Assembly (NCBI GenBank): GCA_039028615.1 | Contig: JBCCHT010000008.1 | Span: 128,001 to 192,000, forward strand | DNA length: 64,000 nucleotides | Direction: 5' to 3' | From: Myxococcota bacterium | GTDB lineage: Bacteria > Myxococcota_A > Polyangia > Nannocystales > Nannocystaceae | Shown: in pieces, positions 38,770 through 48,674 of the stretch | Numbering within the stretch: the stretch's first letter is position 1 | Layout of the letters: each line of letters starts with the position of its first letter | Notes under the pieces: generated by a model | What the model was told of the DNA's origin: nothing | Database searches by the model: none | The model's input: the letters and a program-made list of their open reading frames with translations, nothing else | Made by a program: the position numbers and the translations under genes

Positions 38770-39642
38770 ATGAAGCGCTCGCTGGCCCCCCTCGTCGCCC
38801 TGCTGTGCCTCTCTGCCTGCGCGGAAGAGGAGACGCCGACCATCCTCGACGGGGCGCGTGGCGCCTGCGGCTCGGTGGTCGAGGACGTGATCCCGGCCCA
38901 GGTCGAGTGCCCCTCCGACTGCCCGATCGCCGTCAAGGCGTTCCGCGTGCGGGACCTCGGCACCTGTGAGCGCTCCGCCAACCAGTACGTCGCCTGTGTC
39001 ACCGCGGGCGACGACGTCGGCAACCCCGGGCCCGCCTTCCTCGACACCCCCGACGGCGCCTTGTTCGTCGACTCGCCCGCCATCGACTGCAGCGACGGCT
39101 CGGTGGGCTGCGTCAACGTCGACACCGCCGTCCGCGGCCGCTGGCAGACCTGCGCCGACTCGGACGAAGAGGGCTGCGAGTGCGCCTGCTCCGGCGGCGA
39201 GTGCCCCTACGACCGCTTCTTGGCCGAGGTCAACAGCTGCAGCCTGCCCTCCCCCTGCGACCCGCTCACCGCCGATAGCGAGCCCACCGAGAGCCAGCTC
39301 GAGTGCTACATGGACGTGCTGGCCATGGGCGGCCCCGCCTACATCGAGCTCGACGCCGAGGTCCGCAACGACGTCACCGGCCAGCCCGAGATCGCCCGTC
39401 AGGTCTACGCCGTCAACGACTTCGAGGTCACCCGCCTCGGTGCGGTCGCCTTCGACGAGCCCGTCACCGCCTGCGAGCTGCAGAACGCCTCGTACTTCCT
39501 CGGCTGCGACCCCGACAACCCGATCAGCCTCAACTTCGAGCTCGAAGACGGCATGACCGAGCGCCTGCCCTGCACCGACCCCCGCACCTGGGTCATCGAC
39601 TGCGAAGCCGCCGATCCGGTCTGCCCCGGCACCGAGGCCTGA
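38770..39642 (+). CDS. Cys-rich acidic lipoprotein
   Basis: [17 protein letters not shown] lipobox; many Cys; strong GC3 bias. Confidence 0.85.
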   Translation: MKRSLAPLVALLCLSACAEEETPTILDGARGACGSVVEDVIPAQVECPSDCPIAVKAFRVRDLGTCERSANQYVACVTAGDDVGNPGPAFLDTPDGALFVDSPAIDCSDGSVGCVNVDTAVRGRWQTCADSDEEGCECACSGGECPYDRFLAEVNSCSLPSPCDPLTADSEPTESQLECYMDVLAMGGPAYIELDAEVRNDVTGQPEIARQVYAVNDFEVTRLGAVAFDEPVTACELQNASYFLGCDPDNPISLNFELEDGMTERLPCTDPRTWVIDCEAADPVCPGTEA

Positions 39643-39702
39643 GCGCCGTCCCTGCACGCCCGCACCCGTCACGCCCTCGGCTATGATGCGCCGAGGGTCG
39701 TC

Positions 39703-40431
39703 ATGAGCGTGCGCGTCACCGATTTTCGCAACATCGTGTTCTTCACTGGCGCCGGTATCTCGGCGCAGAGCGGCATCCCCACCTTCCGGGGCAAGGGCGG
39801 CATCTGGAAGGAATACGACTGGGAGAACTGCGCCTGCCAGGGCGCCTTCGATCGCGACCCGAATTACGTCTGGGAGTTCCACAACTACCGCCGCGACCTC
39901 GTCTCCAAGTGCGATCCCAACGACGGGCACCACCTCATCGCCCAGTGCGAGAAGGTCCTGCCCAAGGTCACCATCGTCACCCAGAACATCGACGGCCTGC
40001 ACCAACAGGCGGGCAGCGAGCGCGTGCTCGAGCTGCACGGCAACCTGTGGAAGCTGCGCTGTGACGGCTGCAGCTGGCGCACCGAAGACCACTCGAGCCC
40101 CGTCGAAGATCTCGAGTGCCCCGAGTGCATCGACCGCTACAAGCGACCCGACATCGTCTGGTTCGGCGACAACCTCAACCACCGGGTCGTCTCCCGGGTG
40201 GCGTCGGCCCTCGGCAGCTGTGACCTGCTCGTCTCCATCGGCACCTCGGCCGTGGTCTATCCCGCCGCCGACATGCCGCTCATCGCCAAGCAGGCCGGGG
40301 CGACGCTGGTGGAGATCAACCCCGAGGACACGCCGATCAGCCATGCGTATGACCACTGCATGCGGATGAGCGCAATCGAGGGGCTGACCGAGCTGTGCGA
40401 AGGTTTGCCGCAGGCGCCCGCGGAGGCCTGA
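39703..40431 (+). CDS. cobB: NAD-dependent protein deacylase (sirtuin)
   Basis: [28 protein letters not shown], CxxC...Cxx[22 protein letters not shown]. Confidence 0.92.
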   Translation: MSVRVTDFRNIVFFTGAGISAQSGIPTFRGKGGIWKEYDWENCACQGAFDRDPNYVWEFHNYRRDLVSKCDPNDGHHLIAQCEKVLPKVTIVTQNIDGLHQQAGSERVLELHGNLWKLRCDGCSWRTEDHSSPVEDLECPECIDRYKRPDIVWFGDNLNHRVVSRVASALGSCDLLVSIGTSAVVYPAADMPLIAKQAGATLVEINPEDTPISHAYDHCMRMSAIEGLTELCEGLPQAPAEA

Positions 40432-40435
40432 GGCT

Positions 40436-41479
40436 TCAGCCTTCGTCGTCGAGGCCGAGGCTCGACAGCGACGGGAGCCGGCCGTAGCGGCGCTGCATCG
40501 TGGGATCGGCCGCGGCCGCCTCGGTGCGGGCGGCCTCGGTCATCGCGCGTAGCCAGCGGACGAAGATCGGGCTGGTCGGAGAAATCGCGGGAGGCTGCGG
40601 GCCCTTCAGGCCGTCGTCGAGCCAGCGAACCCAGGCCTCTTCGTCAGGGGACATGCCCAGCCGCGGCGGTGGGCTGAGGCGATTCCCGATCCAAGCCGCG
40701 GCCTCCCGCAATCGCGGGGGCAAGGTCGGGCCGCCGTGATCGGCTCCGTGCACGAGGTGGTACTCGTGGCCGATGTCCAGCGACCACAGCACGCGATGCA
40801 GCAGCTCGGTGCCGTCGTGGGCATTGAAGACGTCTCGGTCGCCGACTTCGAGGTAGATCTCCGGCCCCTCGCGACGCAGCGCCTCCGCGTTTTCGATCGC
40901 ACGGGTGATGGGGCTGTCCGCGGCGTAGAGGTCCGGGTCGCGCTCGGTCCCCATCAAGCGCACGGGAGCGTCGGGCGGGAATTGAAAGCGATTGCGGAGC
41001 GGGGCCTGGTCGGCGTAGCGGGCCGGCTCGAGCATGGGCTGCACCGCCGCCACCGCGCCGAAGCGTCCGGGTCGTGCCAAGGCGATCTTCAGCGCCCCAT
41101 AGCCGCCCATCGAGATCCCCAACAGCCCGGTCGACGCGGGGTCTCGACGAACGGGTAGCCGAGCGCGAACCTCGTCGAGCAGTGCCTCCGCCACCACCTG
41201 CTCCCAGGAGGTCTGCGCCACGTCGTCGTCGAGATAAAAGCTCATCGAGCCCACCTCGGCCGACGCGAACACCATGGGGGCGACCGCGTCCGAGGCCCAC
41301 CAGCGCTCGATCAGGGGCCGCATCTGCACCAGGGTCTCCGCGCTGCCGCCCCCGCCGTACAGGAACAGGCACGCGGGTAAGGGCTCGGCCGGGGCGGTGG
41401 GAACGACCGCGGTACACGCAGCGGTGCCACCGCGCGGGTTGGGCACGGAGAAACGCTCGACGGCCGAGGAACGGGGCAT
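40436..41479 (-). CDS. Esterase, S-formylglutathione hydrolase/Fes-like alpha/beta hydrolase
   Basis: [26 protein letters not shown]. Confidence 0.85.
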   Translation of the reverse strand: MPRSSAVERFSVPNPRGGTAACTAVVPTAPAEPLPACLFLYGGGGSAETLVQMRPLIERWWASDAVAPMVFASAEVGSMSFYLDDDVAQTSWEQVVAEALLDEVRARLPVRRDPASTGLLGISMGGYGALKIALARPGRFGAVAAVQPMLEPARYADQAPLRNRFQFPPDAPVRLMGTERDPDLYAADSPITRAIENAEALRREGPEIYLEVGDRDVFNAHDGTELLHRVLWSLDIGHEYHLVHGADHGGPTLPPRLREAAAWIGNRLSPPPRLGMSPDEEAWVRWLDDGLKGPQPPAISPTSPIFVRWLRAMTEAARTEAAAADPTMQRRYGRLPSLSSLGLDDEG

Positions 41480-41674
41480 GGTGCCCTCGCTACACAAATT
41501 ATCGATCATCCTGCAACACTTGCCGCGGCGGTGGCATCCCGGGGCGCGTCACCGACCCGACCGGTTCGCTCGTGGATGCTCCCGCCCTTGGCCGCGAAGA
41601 CCTTCGAGTACACATTCGAGCGACCGATCGATCCGGCCGTCGATGGGCTGCCGCGTCCGCTCGAGTCGTCGAGT

Positions 41675-42046
41675 TCAGTTGCGGCAGGCGATCTGTGCCG
41701 GGTAGGACTCGAGCACGATGCACTTGCCCTCGCCACACCCGGCCGCGGCACAGGCCGCCCCGGCCGACGCGTAACAACACCCGTCGTGCTCGTAGCTGCA
41801 CCCCTGCGCCTTGCCATCCCACGGCTGCCCGCCTTCGCCACAGGTGCCCCCGGCCGCAGGCTCTTCCGCGGGCTCGGGCTCCGCCGGCGTGGCCGTGGGC
41901 GACTCGGTGGGCGTGGTCGGGGTCGGCTGGGTCTGCGTGTTCTTCGTGGGCGTAGGCTGCTGCGAAGTCCGACGAGGGCAGCCGGACGCCAACGCCAGGG
42001 TCATCGCGACCACGCAGAGCGAACGGAGGAGCACGGCGGAGATCAT
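41675..42046 (-). CDS. Small Cys-rich lipoprotein
   Basis: LASGC lipobox, Pro/Thr linker, 8-Cys module ending C..LESYPAQIAC. Confidence 0.8.
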   Translation of the reverse strand: MISAVLLRSLCVVAMTLALASGCPRRTSQQPTPTKNTQTQPTPTTPTESPTATPAEPEPAEEPAAGGTCGEGGQPWDGKAQGCSYEHDGCCYASAGAACAAAGCGEGKCIVLESYPAQIACRN

Positions 42047-42180
42047 ACCCGACCGCCGTTGCCACGAGGCCGGGAATACGGTCGTTTCTGGGGCGGTGGA
42101 GTGGTCGTGCGCCGCCTGGCCGCGTTGCGCCCCTGCACGGCGACCCAGCGCGGCCCGACTCCTGCCCCCGAAATCCGCTC

Positions 42181-42900
42181 ATGCTCGGCTTCCTCGTCGC
42201 TCTCGGCCTCTCCTGGCTCCTGCTCTGGTTCTTCGGGCGAGAGCCCATCACCCGCCTCGGCATTCGCCCGACCGGCCGGCGCCTGGCGGAGTTCGGGATG
42301 GGCACGCTCGTCATGGGGGTGCTGTGCGCGATCACCTTCCTGGCGCAGGCCCATTTCACGCGAATTACTCATGGCCTCAACCCCGACTACGATCTGTGGG
42401 GGGCCATCGAGGCGATCGGCTGGACGCTGCGGGCCACGCTGTTCGAGGAGCTGCTCTTTCGCGGCGCGCTGCTGTACCTGCTGATCCGAAAGCTCGGGAC
42501 CACCCGTGCTTGCCTCGCATCCGCGGTGGCCTTCGGCATCTACCACTGGTTCAGCTACGAGATGCTGGGCGGCCCGATCATCGCGCTCGTCTACGTGTTC
42601 CTGCTGACCGGCGCCGCGGGCTTCATGTTCGCCCTCGCCTTCGCCAAGACCAAGTCTCTGTACGCCTCGACCGGGCTTCACTTCGGCTGGATCGTGGTCA
42701 GCATCGTGGTGTTCTCCTCGGGGCCTCTCGGAAACCAGCTACTGCTCCCCCAGGGCGAGGCCGCCCCCTTGGACGGATGGCTGACCCTGGTGAACTTCCT
42801 GTGGCAGGCGGTCGCCGTCCCCGGGATGGTGATCCTGGCGCTCCGCAAGTGGTGGCCGCCGATCGAGGAGGAGCCCCCGGTCGCAGGCCAATCGGATTGA
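42181..42900 (+). CDS. CPBP family intramembrane metalloprotease
   Basis: FEELLFRG, FGIYHW, LHFGW. Confidence 0.88.
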   Translation: MLGFLVALGLSWLLLWFFGREPITRLGIRPTGRRLAEFGMGTLVMGVLCAITFLAQAHFTRITHGLNPDYDLWGAIEAIGWTLRATLFEELLFRGALLYLLIRKLGTTRACLASAVAFGIYHWFSYEMLGGPIIALVYVFLLTGAAGFMFALAFAKTKSLYASTGLHFGWIVVSIVVFSSGPLGNQLLLPQGEAAPLDGWLTLVNFLWQAVAVPGMVILALRKWWPPIEEEPPVAGQSD

Positions 42901-42960
42901 GCGCTCCGCATCGTGACCCCGAGGTCGAGTGTCACCCCTCAATCGCGATCGAGGTCGTGG

Positions 42961-44865
42961 TCAACGAGCGACGGTGACCAGCTCGGGGCGCAGCGTGTTG
43001 CAGCGCTGCGCTCCCGCATCGCTGCCGTGTCGCCGCGCCATGAACCCCCCGGTCGCCAACCCGCTCGCGCTGGGATCCGCATCTCCGCCCGGGATGCAGG
43101 TCCACAGGCTCGCGTCCCACAGCGCCCCCGAGCCCGCGTCGTCCCACGTCATGGCCGACAGACCCCGCTGCACCAAGTCGGCATGGACGCAGCGTAGGTT
43201 GGGGATCTCGGGCTCGGTGTAGCCCGCCACCGCCACCGCCCCCATGCACACGAAGCCCAGCGGCGGGATGGGATTCCAGATCGAGACGTCGTTGACCCCA
43301 CCACTGAGGGTGTCCTGCCAGATGAGCTCGAAGCCCCGCGGCGGCTGCACGAGCAGGGGGTCGTCGACGATCGACAGCGCAGGCGTGGTGGGAGCATCGT
43401 GGCCTCCGACGGCGATGTCTCCGAGCAAGGCGTAGCCCTCGGGCACGATCGGACGCCACAGCGAGACGTCGGAGAACGCCAGCGTCCCCGTGTCGTCGTA
43501 CAGCCACACCGTGTCGGTCACGCTCACCGCCTCGGCCTCGGCGGGCCCCGGCGGCAAGGTGAGGTCGGAGCCGTAGAGCCCCTCGACGACCGGACTGGCG
43601 ATCCACCCCTCGGGCTCCGGGACCTCGAGCAGCGCGAGCGCGGTGGCGGCGATGTCCCAGATCCTCAGGTCGCGCTCGATGAGTCCCGCGCCCGATTGCG
43701 GCGCCCGCATGAGGAAGGGCGTCGCCCGCTCGCCTCGCGTGTCTGCGCCATGGCTGAAGCCCTCGCCCCCGTGATCGGAGCTGACCAGGATCGCGGTGTA
43801 GGGCCACATGCCCGCGTCCTCCAGCGAGGTCCTCAGCTGACCGACCAGATCGTCCGCCGTCTCGATCGCATCGAGATAGCCGCCCGAGCCCCAGGTGGTG
43901 GAGTGCCCCGCCCCGTCGACGTGGTCGATGTGCACGAACAGCAGCGTCGGCAGCTCGCCCTCGAGCCACGCCGTGGCCGCGTCCATGGTGTCCTGCTCGT
44001 CGCCGGGATGCTCGATGTGATCGGCCACGCCCGGCTCGGTGAGGCGAGCGAAGTCCGACCAGTCGTGGAAGATGCCGATGGTCGCGTCCGGCTGGTGCTG
44101 CCGAAGCGCGGCGAACATCGTCGCGGGCGGGCTGGAGTCGCCCGGCTGCCAGCCATTGGAGAGCACCCCGTGCTGCTGCGGACCCGCGCCGCCGATCATC
44201 GACATCCAGTTGGTGCTGCTCGAGGTCGGCAGTGCATCCTGCATGTCCAGGGTCCAGCGAGACTCGTCGCGCAAGGCATCCAGCGCGGGCGTGTCGGCGA
44301 CGTCGAACCACTCGCCGCCGAAGCCATCGATCCCCAAGAGCACCACGTGCCGGATGGGGGTCACACAGCGCACCACGATGTCCTCGATGTCGGCGCCTGC
44401 GACCGTGCCCTCGCCCCCGATCACCGTGCAGGTCTGATCGGGCCCGATCGGCTGCACCTGCACCTGCACGGCATAGTCGTCGCCGTCGTCCACGATGCTC
44501 GGAAACGTGAAGGGGCCGTCGGCGTCGAGGGTCAGCGCATCCTCACCGTTGATGATCTCGACCGTGGCGCCCTGCAGCCCCTCGAGCGCCCCGCCGACCG
44601 TGTGCTGCCCGGGGCCGGTCTCCTCGCCGCTGGTCGTCGCGCCCGACTCGGCCGCACTGGTCGCGACGGCGGTCGTCTCGTCGAGCCCCGAAGGCTCGGT
44701 CGTCGGCGCGTCGGTGGTGCTCGTGGGTGCGGTCGAGCCCGAGGAACCCTGTTGGCCGCCGTCGGCGGCATCATCCGCACCGCACCCCACCGACACCGCC
44801 AGCGCCACCGCCCACGCGCTTCGACTCGCCCCCGCCTTCGCGTCCCCCATGCCCTCGCTCGTCAT
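42961..44865 (-). CDS. Lipoprotein: Ig-like + alkaline phosphatase/NPP-superfamily domain + Vps62-like domain
   Basis: SVGC; VVLLGIDG, PTSSSTNW, DHVDGAGH, SSDHGG; repeats WRPIVPEGYALLGD / WNPIPPLGFVCMG / WDDAGSGA. Confidence 0.85.
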   Translation of the reverse strand: MTSEGMGDAKAGASRSAWAVALAVSVGCGADDAADGGQQGSSGSTAPTSTTDAPTTEPSGLDETTAVATSAAESGATTSGEETGPGQHTVGGALEGLQGATVEIINGEDALTLDADGPFTFPSIVDDGDDYAVQVQVQPIGPDQTCTVIGGEGTVAGADIEDIVVRCVTPIRHVVLLGIDGFGGEWFDVADTPALDALRDESRWTLDMQDALPTSSSTNWMSMIGGAGPQQHGVLSNGWQPGDSSPPATMFAALRQHQPDATIGIFHDWSDFARLTEPGVADHIEHPGDEQDTMDAATAWLEGELPTLLFVHIDHVDGAGHSTTWGSGGYLDAIETADDLVGQLRTSLEDAGMWPYTAILVSSDHGGEGFSHGADTRGERATPFLMRAPQSGAGLIERDLRIWDIAATALALLEVPEPEGWIASPVVEGLYGSDLTLPPGPAEAEAVSVTDTVWLYDDTGTLAFSDVSLWRPIVPEGYALLGDIAVGGHDAPTTPALSIVDDPLLVQPPRGFELIWQDTLSGGVNDVSIWNPIPPLGFVCMGAVAVAGYTEPEIPNLRCVHADLVQRGLSAMTWDDAGSGALWDASLWTCIPGGDADPSASGLATGGFMARRHGSDAGAQRCNTLRPELVTVAR

Positions 44866-44993
44866 CCGTTCAAGGGTGCCAGAGTCCTCGCCGCGACGGG
44901 GCCGCGACGCAATTGCGCATTGAACGCGCGTCCGATCGAGGGTATCCACCTGACGACTTCGAACGAGTCCTGCGGGACCATCGGACGACCGTA

Positions 44994-47291
44994 GTGCGCT
45001 CGCGTCGTACATCCGCCGCGGCCCTCGTCGCCGCCGGGATTGCCCTGGCCACACCGGCCACGTCCCGCGCAGCTCCAGAGGAGACCGACACCGCCGCGCT
45101 CACCGAGGCTGCGCCGTCGGACCCGAGCGACCTGCCTCCCGCGCCGCTGGAAACCATCGAGGCGCCCGAACCCGAAGACGAGTCGTCCCGAGTCGTTCGC
45201 GTGGGTCGACGGCGGCCGAAGATCTCCGAAGCCGGCCGCTCCGCGACGGTGGTCACACGCGAGGAGATCGAGCAAAAGCTGCCCCGCTCCGCCCCCGACG
45301 CGCTCAAGGGCGAACCCGGCATCTACCTCCAGCAAACCGCCCACGGCCAGGGCTCGCCCTACTTGCGCGGCCTGACCGGCCAACAGACGGTGATGTTCTT
45401 CGACGGGGTTCGGGTCAACAACAGCACCTTTCGCCAGGGGCCCAACCAGTACTTTTTCACCATCGACGCGCGCACGATCCAAAAGCTCGAGATCCTGCGC
45501 GGCAGTGCGTCGACCCGCTACGGCTCCGACGCGATCGGCGGGGCGCTGCTCAGCACGCCGATCGACCCGACCATGACCGTCGGCGACAAGCCGTGGACGG
45601 TCCACCCCCGCGTGATCACCCGCTTCACCACCGCGGATGCGGAGATCGGCGGCCGGGCGCAGGTCGACCTGTCGTATCGCGGCAAGCTCGGCATCTTCAC
45701 CGGGGTCGGCTATCGCAACGTGGGGCAGCTGCGCTCGGGCGGCCGGGTCATCGCCCCCGCCACCGGCCAGCCTCAGAACGTTCCGCCCGCGTTCGAGGCG
45801 GACGACGAGACCCAGCGCGGCACCGGGTTTCGCGAGCTGACCTCCGACGCCCGAATCGTCTACCAGCCCCGCACGCGTTACCGCTTCACGCTCGGCTACT
45901 ACGACTACCGCCAGTTCGACGTCCCGCGCACCGACAAGTGCCCTCCGCCCACCGCCCCCGAGGACGAGTGCCTGCGCTACCTCCAGCAGTTCCGCACCCT
46001 GGCCTACGGCGCCTTCGATGCCACCTCGGGCCCCAAGGCGGCCGAGACCGTGCGGATGACCTTGAGCTACCAAAACCAGCACGAACGTCGGCAGCTCACC
46101 GTGGGCTCGCCCTCGCTCACCGAAAACCACGGTGACGACGACGTGCACAGCCTGGGCACGGGGCTGCGCATCGACACCCACGAGTTCGAGCTGGGCAAGT
46201 GGGTCACGCTCAAGGGGCGCTACGGCGCGGACGCCTACCTCGATCTCATCGACAGCGAGGCCTGGGTGTTCTTCCGCGACGTCCAGATCCGCTCCGACGT
46301 CTCGCGTGGGCAGTACCTCGACGGCGGCCGCTACCTGAGCTCGGGGCTGTGGGCGGACGCCGAGTTCACCTTCATCGATGCCATTCACCTGCGCGGCGGC
46401 GGCCGGGGGGCGCTCATCCACGGCAAGGCCGATGGCGACGCCGAGTCCGAGTCGGCCCCCATCGACAGCACCTGGGCCACCCCGGTCGGGCACGTGGGCT
46501 TCACCGTCGACCCCGTGCAGTGGCTTTCCTTCCACGGCAACGTCGACCAGGGCTTTCGCGCGCCCAACATGGACGACCTGACCTCGCGGCAGCAGACGGG
46601 CCCCGGCTTTCAGTTCGAAAACCCCGACCTCGATCCAGAGCGCTCCCTGTCCACCGAGATCGGCCTGACCATCGATCACCCCTGGATCGAGATCTCGGCG
46701 TGGGGCTATCAGACGCGCATTCGCGACCTCGTCGGTCGAGCGCCCCGCCAGGTCGAGGATTGCCCCGCCAACGCCTCCGGCTGCGACTCGTCGCAGACCC
46801 GCTTCCAGCTCGTCAACCTCGACGGCTTCGCCTTCGTCCGCGGCACCGACGTCGACCTGCGCGTCTACCTGCCCTTCGATCTCCGCCTACGCAACACCCT
46901 CTCGTACGCGTGGGGCGACGGCCCCAACCCCATCGCCGACATCGGCGACGACCAGCCCGCGCGCACGCCCCTGTCGCGCATCCCCCCGCTCAACGGCATG
47001 GCCGAGGTCGGCTGGCAGGGCGGCAGCACGGGACTCTACGTCTACGGCGTCGTGCGCTGGGCCCAAGCGCAAACCCGGCTCGCCCTCGCCGACACCGTCG
47101 ACGTACGCATCCCCTTGGGCGGCACCCCCGGCTACACCGTGTTCGACGTCCGCGCGGGCTACCGACTCGACCGACGCATGCTCATCGCCGCCGTGTTCGA
47201 GAACATCGGCGACGCGGCCTATCGGCACCACGGCTCGAGCGTCAACGGAGCGGGCCGAGGCCTGTCCCTGCAGCTCGAGTTCGGGTTCTAG
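44994..47291 (+). CDS. TonB-dependent receptor
   Basis: Plug motifs QQTAHGQGSPYLRG, DGVRVNN, LEILRGSASTRYGSDAIGG; QGFRAPN, ENIGDAAY; C-terminal Phe (LEFGF); start approximate. Confidence 0.93.
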   Translation: MRSRRTSAAALVAAGIALATPATSRAAPEETDTAALTEAAPSDPSDLPPAPLETIEAPEPEDESSRVVRVGRRRPKISEAGRSATVVTREEIEQKLPRSAPDALKGEPGIYLQQTAHGQGSPYLRGLTGQQTVMFFDGVRVNNSTFRQGPNQYFFTIDARTIQKLEILRGSASTRYGSDAIGGALLSTPIDPTMTVGDKPWTVHPRVITRFTTADAEIGGRAQVDLSYRGKLGIFTGVGYRNVGQLRSGGRVIAPATGQPQNVPPAFEADDETQRGTGFRELTSDARIVYQPRTRYRFTLGYYDYRQFDVPRTDKCPPPTAPEDECLRYLQQFRTLAYGAFDATSGPKAAETVRMTLSYQNQHERRQLTVGSPSLTENHGDDDVHSLGTGLRIDTHEFELGKWVTLKGRYGADAYLDLIDSEAWVFFRDVQIRSDVSRGQYLDGGRYLSSGLWADAEFTFIDAIHLRGGGRGALIHGKADGDAESESAPIDSTWATPVGHVGFTVDPVQWLSFHGNVDQGFRAPNMDDLTSRQQTGPGFQFENPDLDPERSLSTEIGLTIDHPWIEISAWGYQTRIRDLVGRAPRQVEDCPANASGCDSSQTRFQLVNLDGFAFVRGTDVDLRVYLPFDLRLRNTLSYAWGDGPNPIADIGDDQPARTPLSRIPPLNGMAEVGWQGGSTGLYVYGVVRWAQAQTRLALADTVDVRIPLGGTPGYTVFDVRAGYRLDRRMLIAAVFENIGDAAYRHHGSSVNGAGRGLSLQLEFGF

Positions 47292-47365
47292 CGGATTTCT
47301 GAGGCCCTTGGAGACGAGTTCGGTCGAGCGACGGTCGTTTCGCCGTGAAGTGGCACTACCCCCTC

Positions 47366-47983
47366 ATGAACCAGCTCCGCTCTTGGTTGCCCCGCCGGAT
47401 CCCGGCCGTGTCGGTCACGGTATTCGGTCTGACGCCGGCCGGTTGCAACTAAATTGCTGACCGGGCCCGAGGACAACTACTCCGAGGGCGGCTGCTTGAT
47501 CGGTACCCAGTGCCCAACGGCCAGTGTCTTGCCGCTGCTCGGATGGAGCGAGGACATTTGCTGCGGCTTCGGTGGCGAATGCTTTGCTTGTCACGACCCC
47601 CTGGTATGGCGGGATGGTCGGATTCTCCCGACGGCACCTGTGCATGGTCGAGAGAACAGCGCTGAGAGCATGGCGGCGCATGTGCAACAGGCGGCGCCTC
47701 GGGCACGGACGGAGGCTCGAGCGGCTCGGAGTCCGGCGACTTGGGGGAGACCGAAACCGAGACAGGGACCAAAGGAACGTCGGAAACCCTCAAGGTCACG
47801 TCCGGCGATGAACCCATGGGCTCCGGGACCGACGAGAGTACGGACACCGATGGCGAGGCCGACGCGAGCACGGGCGGCTCCAGCGACGACGCGATGGAGA
47901 TCGGCAGCTCGGGCACTACCGATCTGGGGGCAACTCGAACGCCAGCGGATGCTTGCGGAGCAGCGCCGCGGTGGATTCGTTGA
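47366..47983 (+). pseudogene. Decayed Cys-rich lipoprotein gene
   Basis: MNQLRSWLPRRIPAVSVTVFGLTPAGCN-TAA, then a frameshifted Cys-rich piece, then an acidic Gly/Thr linker after an in-frame TGA. Confidence 0.6.
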
Positions 47984-48402
47984 GCACCGGTTCTTCGCGT
48001 CGACGGAATCATCGGCCATGCGAGCGGTTAGAACGTGAGCACGCAAGGGTCCGTTACCAGGGTTGCCCGCCCCTCGAACACTCGGCTTCGCAACTATCTG
48101 TTCCATGGAACTCGGAGCAAAGATGACTCCATGCGCTCCAGGTTGTTCGTGGACCCCCCTACGATCGGTGCAGGTAGCGCTCACACGCCAACGCTCATAG
48201 AGGCGCAGTGGCCCGATAACGCACCGACGATGCGTTCATCCCCGAAACTTCCGTGAAACACTGCACCTTCAGGGCTGTGTGGTAGATAACGTCTATCGAG
48301 AGCGCGCAGGTATTGCCCTGGAACGGGGAGATTCTACGTTCTCCTTGAAGACCGCGGCGGCGTTCACGTACGATTCCCTCACCGCTGGACAGGAAGCGCG
48401 AT

Positions 48403-48642
48403 ATGGACATCAACACCCGACGTACCCGGCACATCGCGCTCATCAACCTCTGGAAAACAATCCGGCGCAAGGCCAGCCCGCAGATGTTCCACGCGGAGCT
48501 CAACCTCTTGCCCGATGAGGATCGTCGCGTCGTACAGGCCGTGGTGTTGGGCCAAACCGACGCGTTCGATGACAGCCAAGAACTCCAGGTGCTGAGGGAG
48601 GCAACCAACACGCCTTCCGCCGGCATGGCCATCACGGGATAG
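48403..48642 (+). CDS. Small hypothetical protein (79 aa)
   Basis: AGGAAG upstream of ATG; helical, protein-like composition; convergent with the nitrilase-like gene. Confidence 0.5.
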   Translation: MDINTRRTRHIALINLWKTIRRKASPQMFHAELNLLPDEDRRVVQAVVLGQTDAFDDSQELQVLREATNTPSAGMAITG

Positions 48643-48674
48643 GGTCGCACCTTCTCGTGGAGGTGGGCCTTTAC

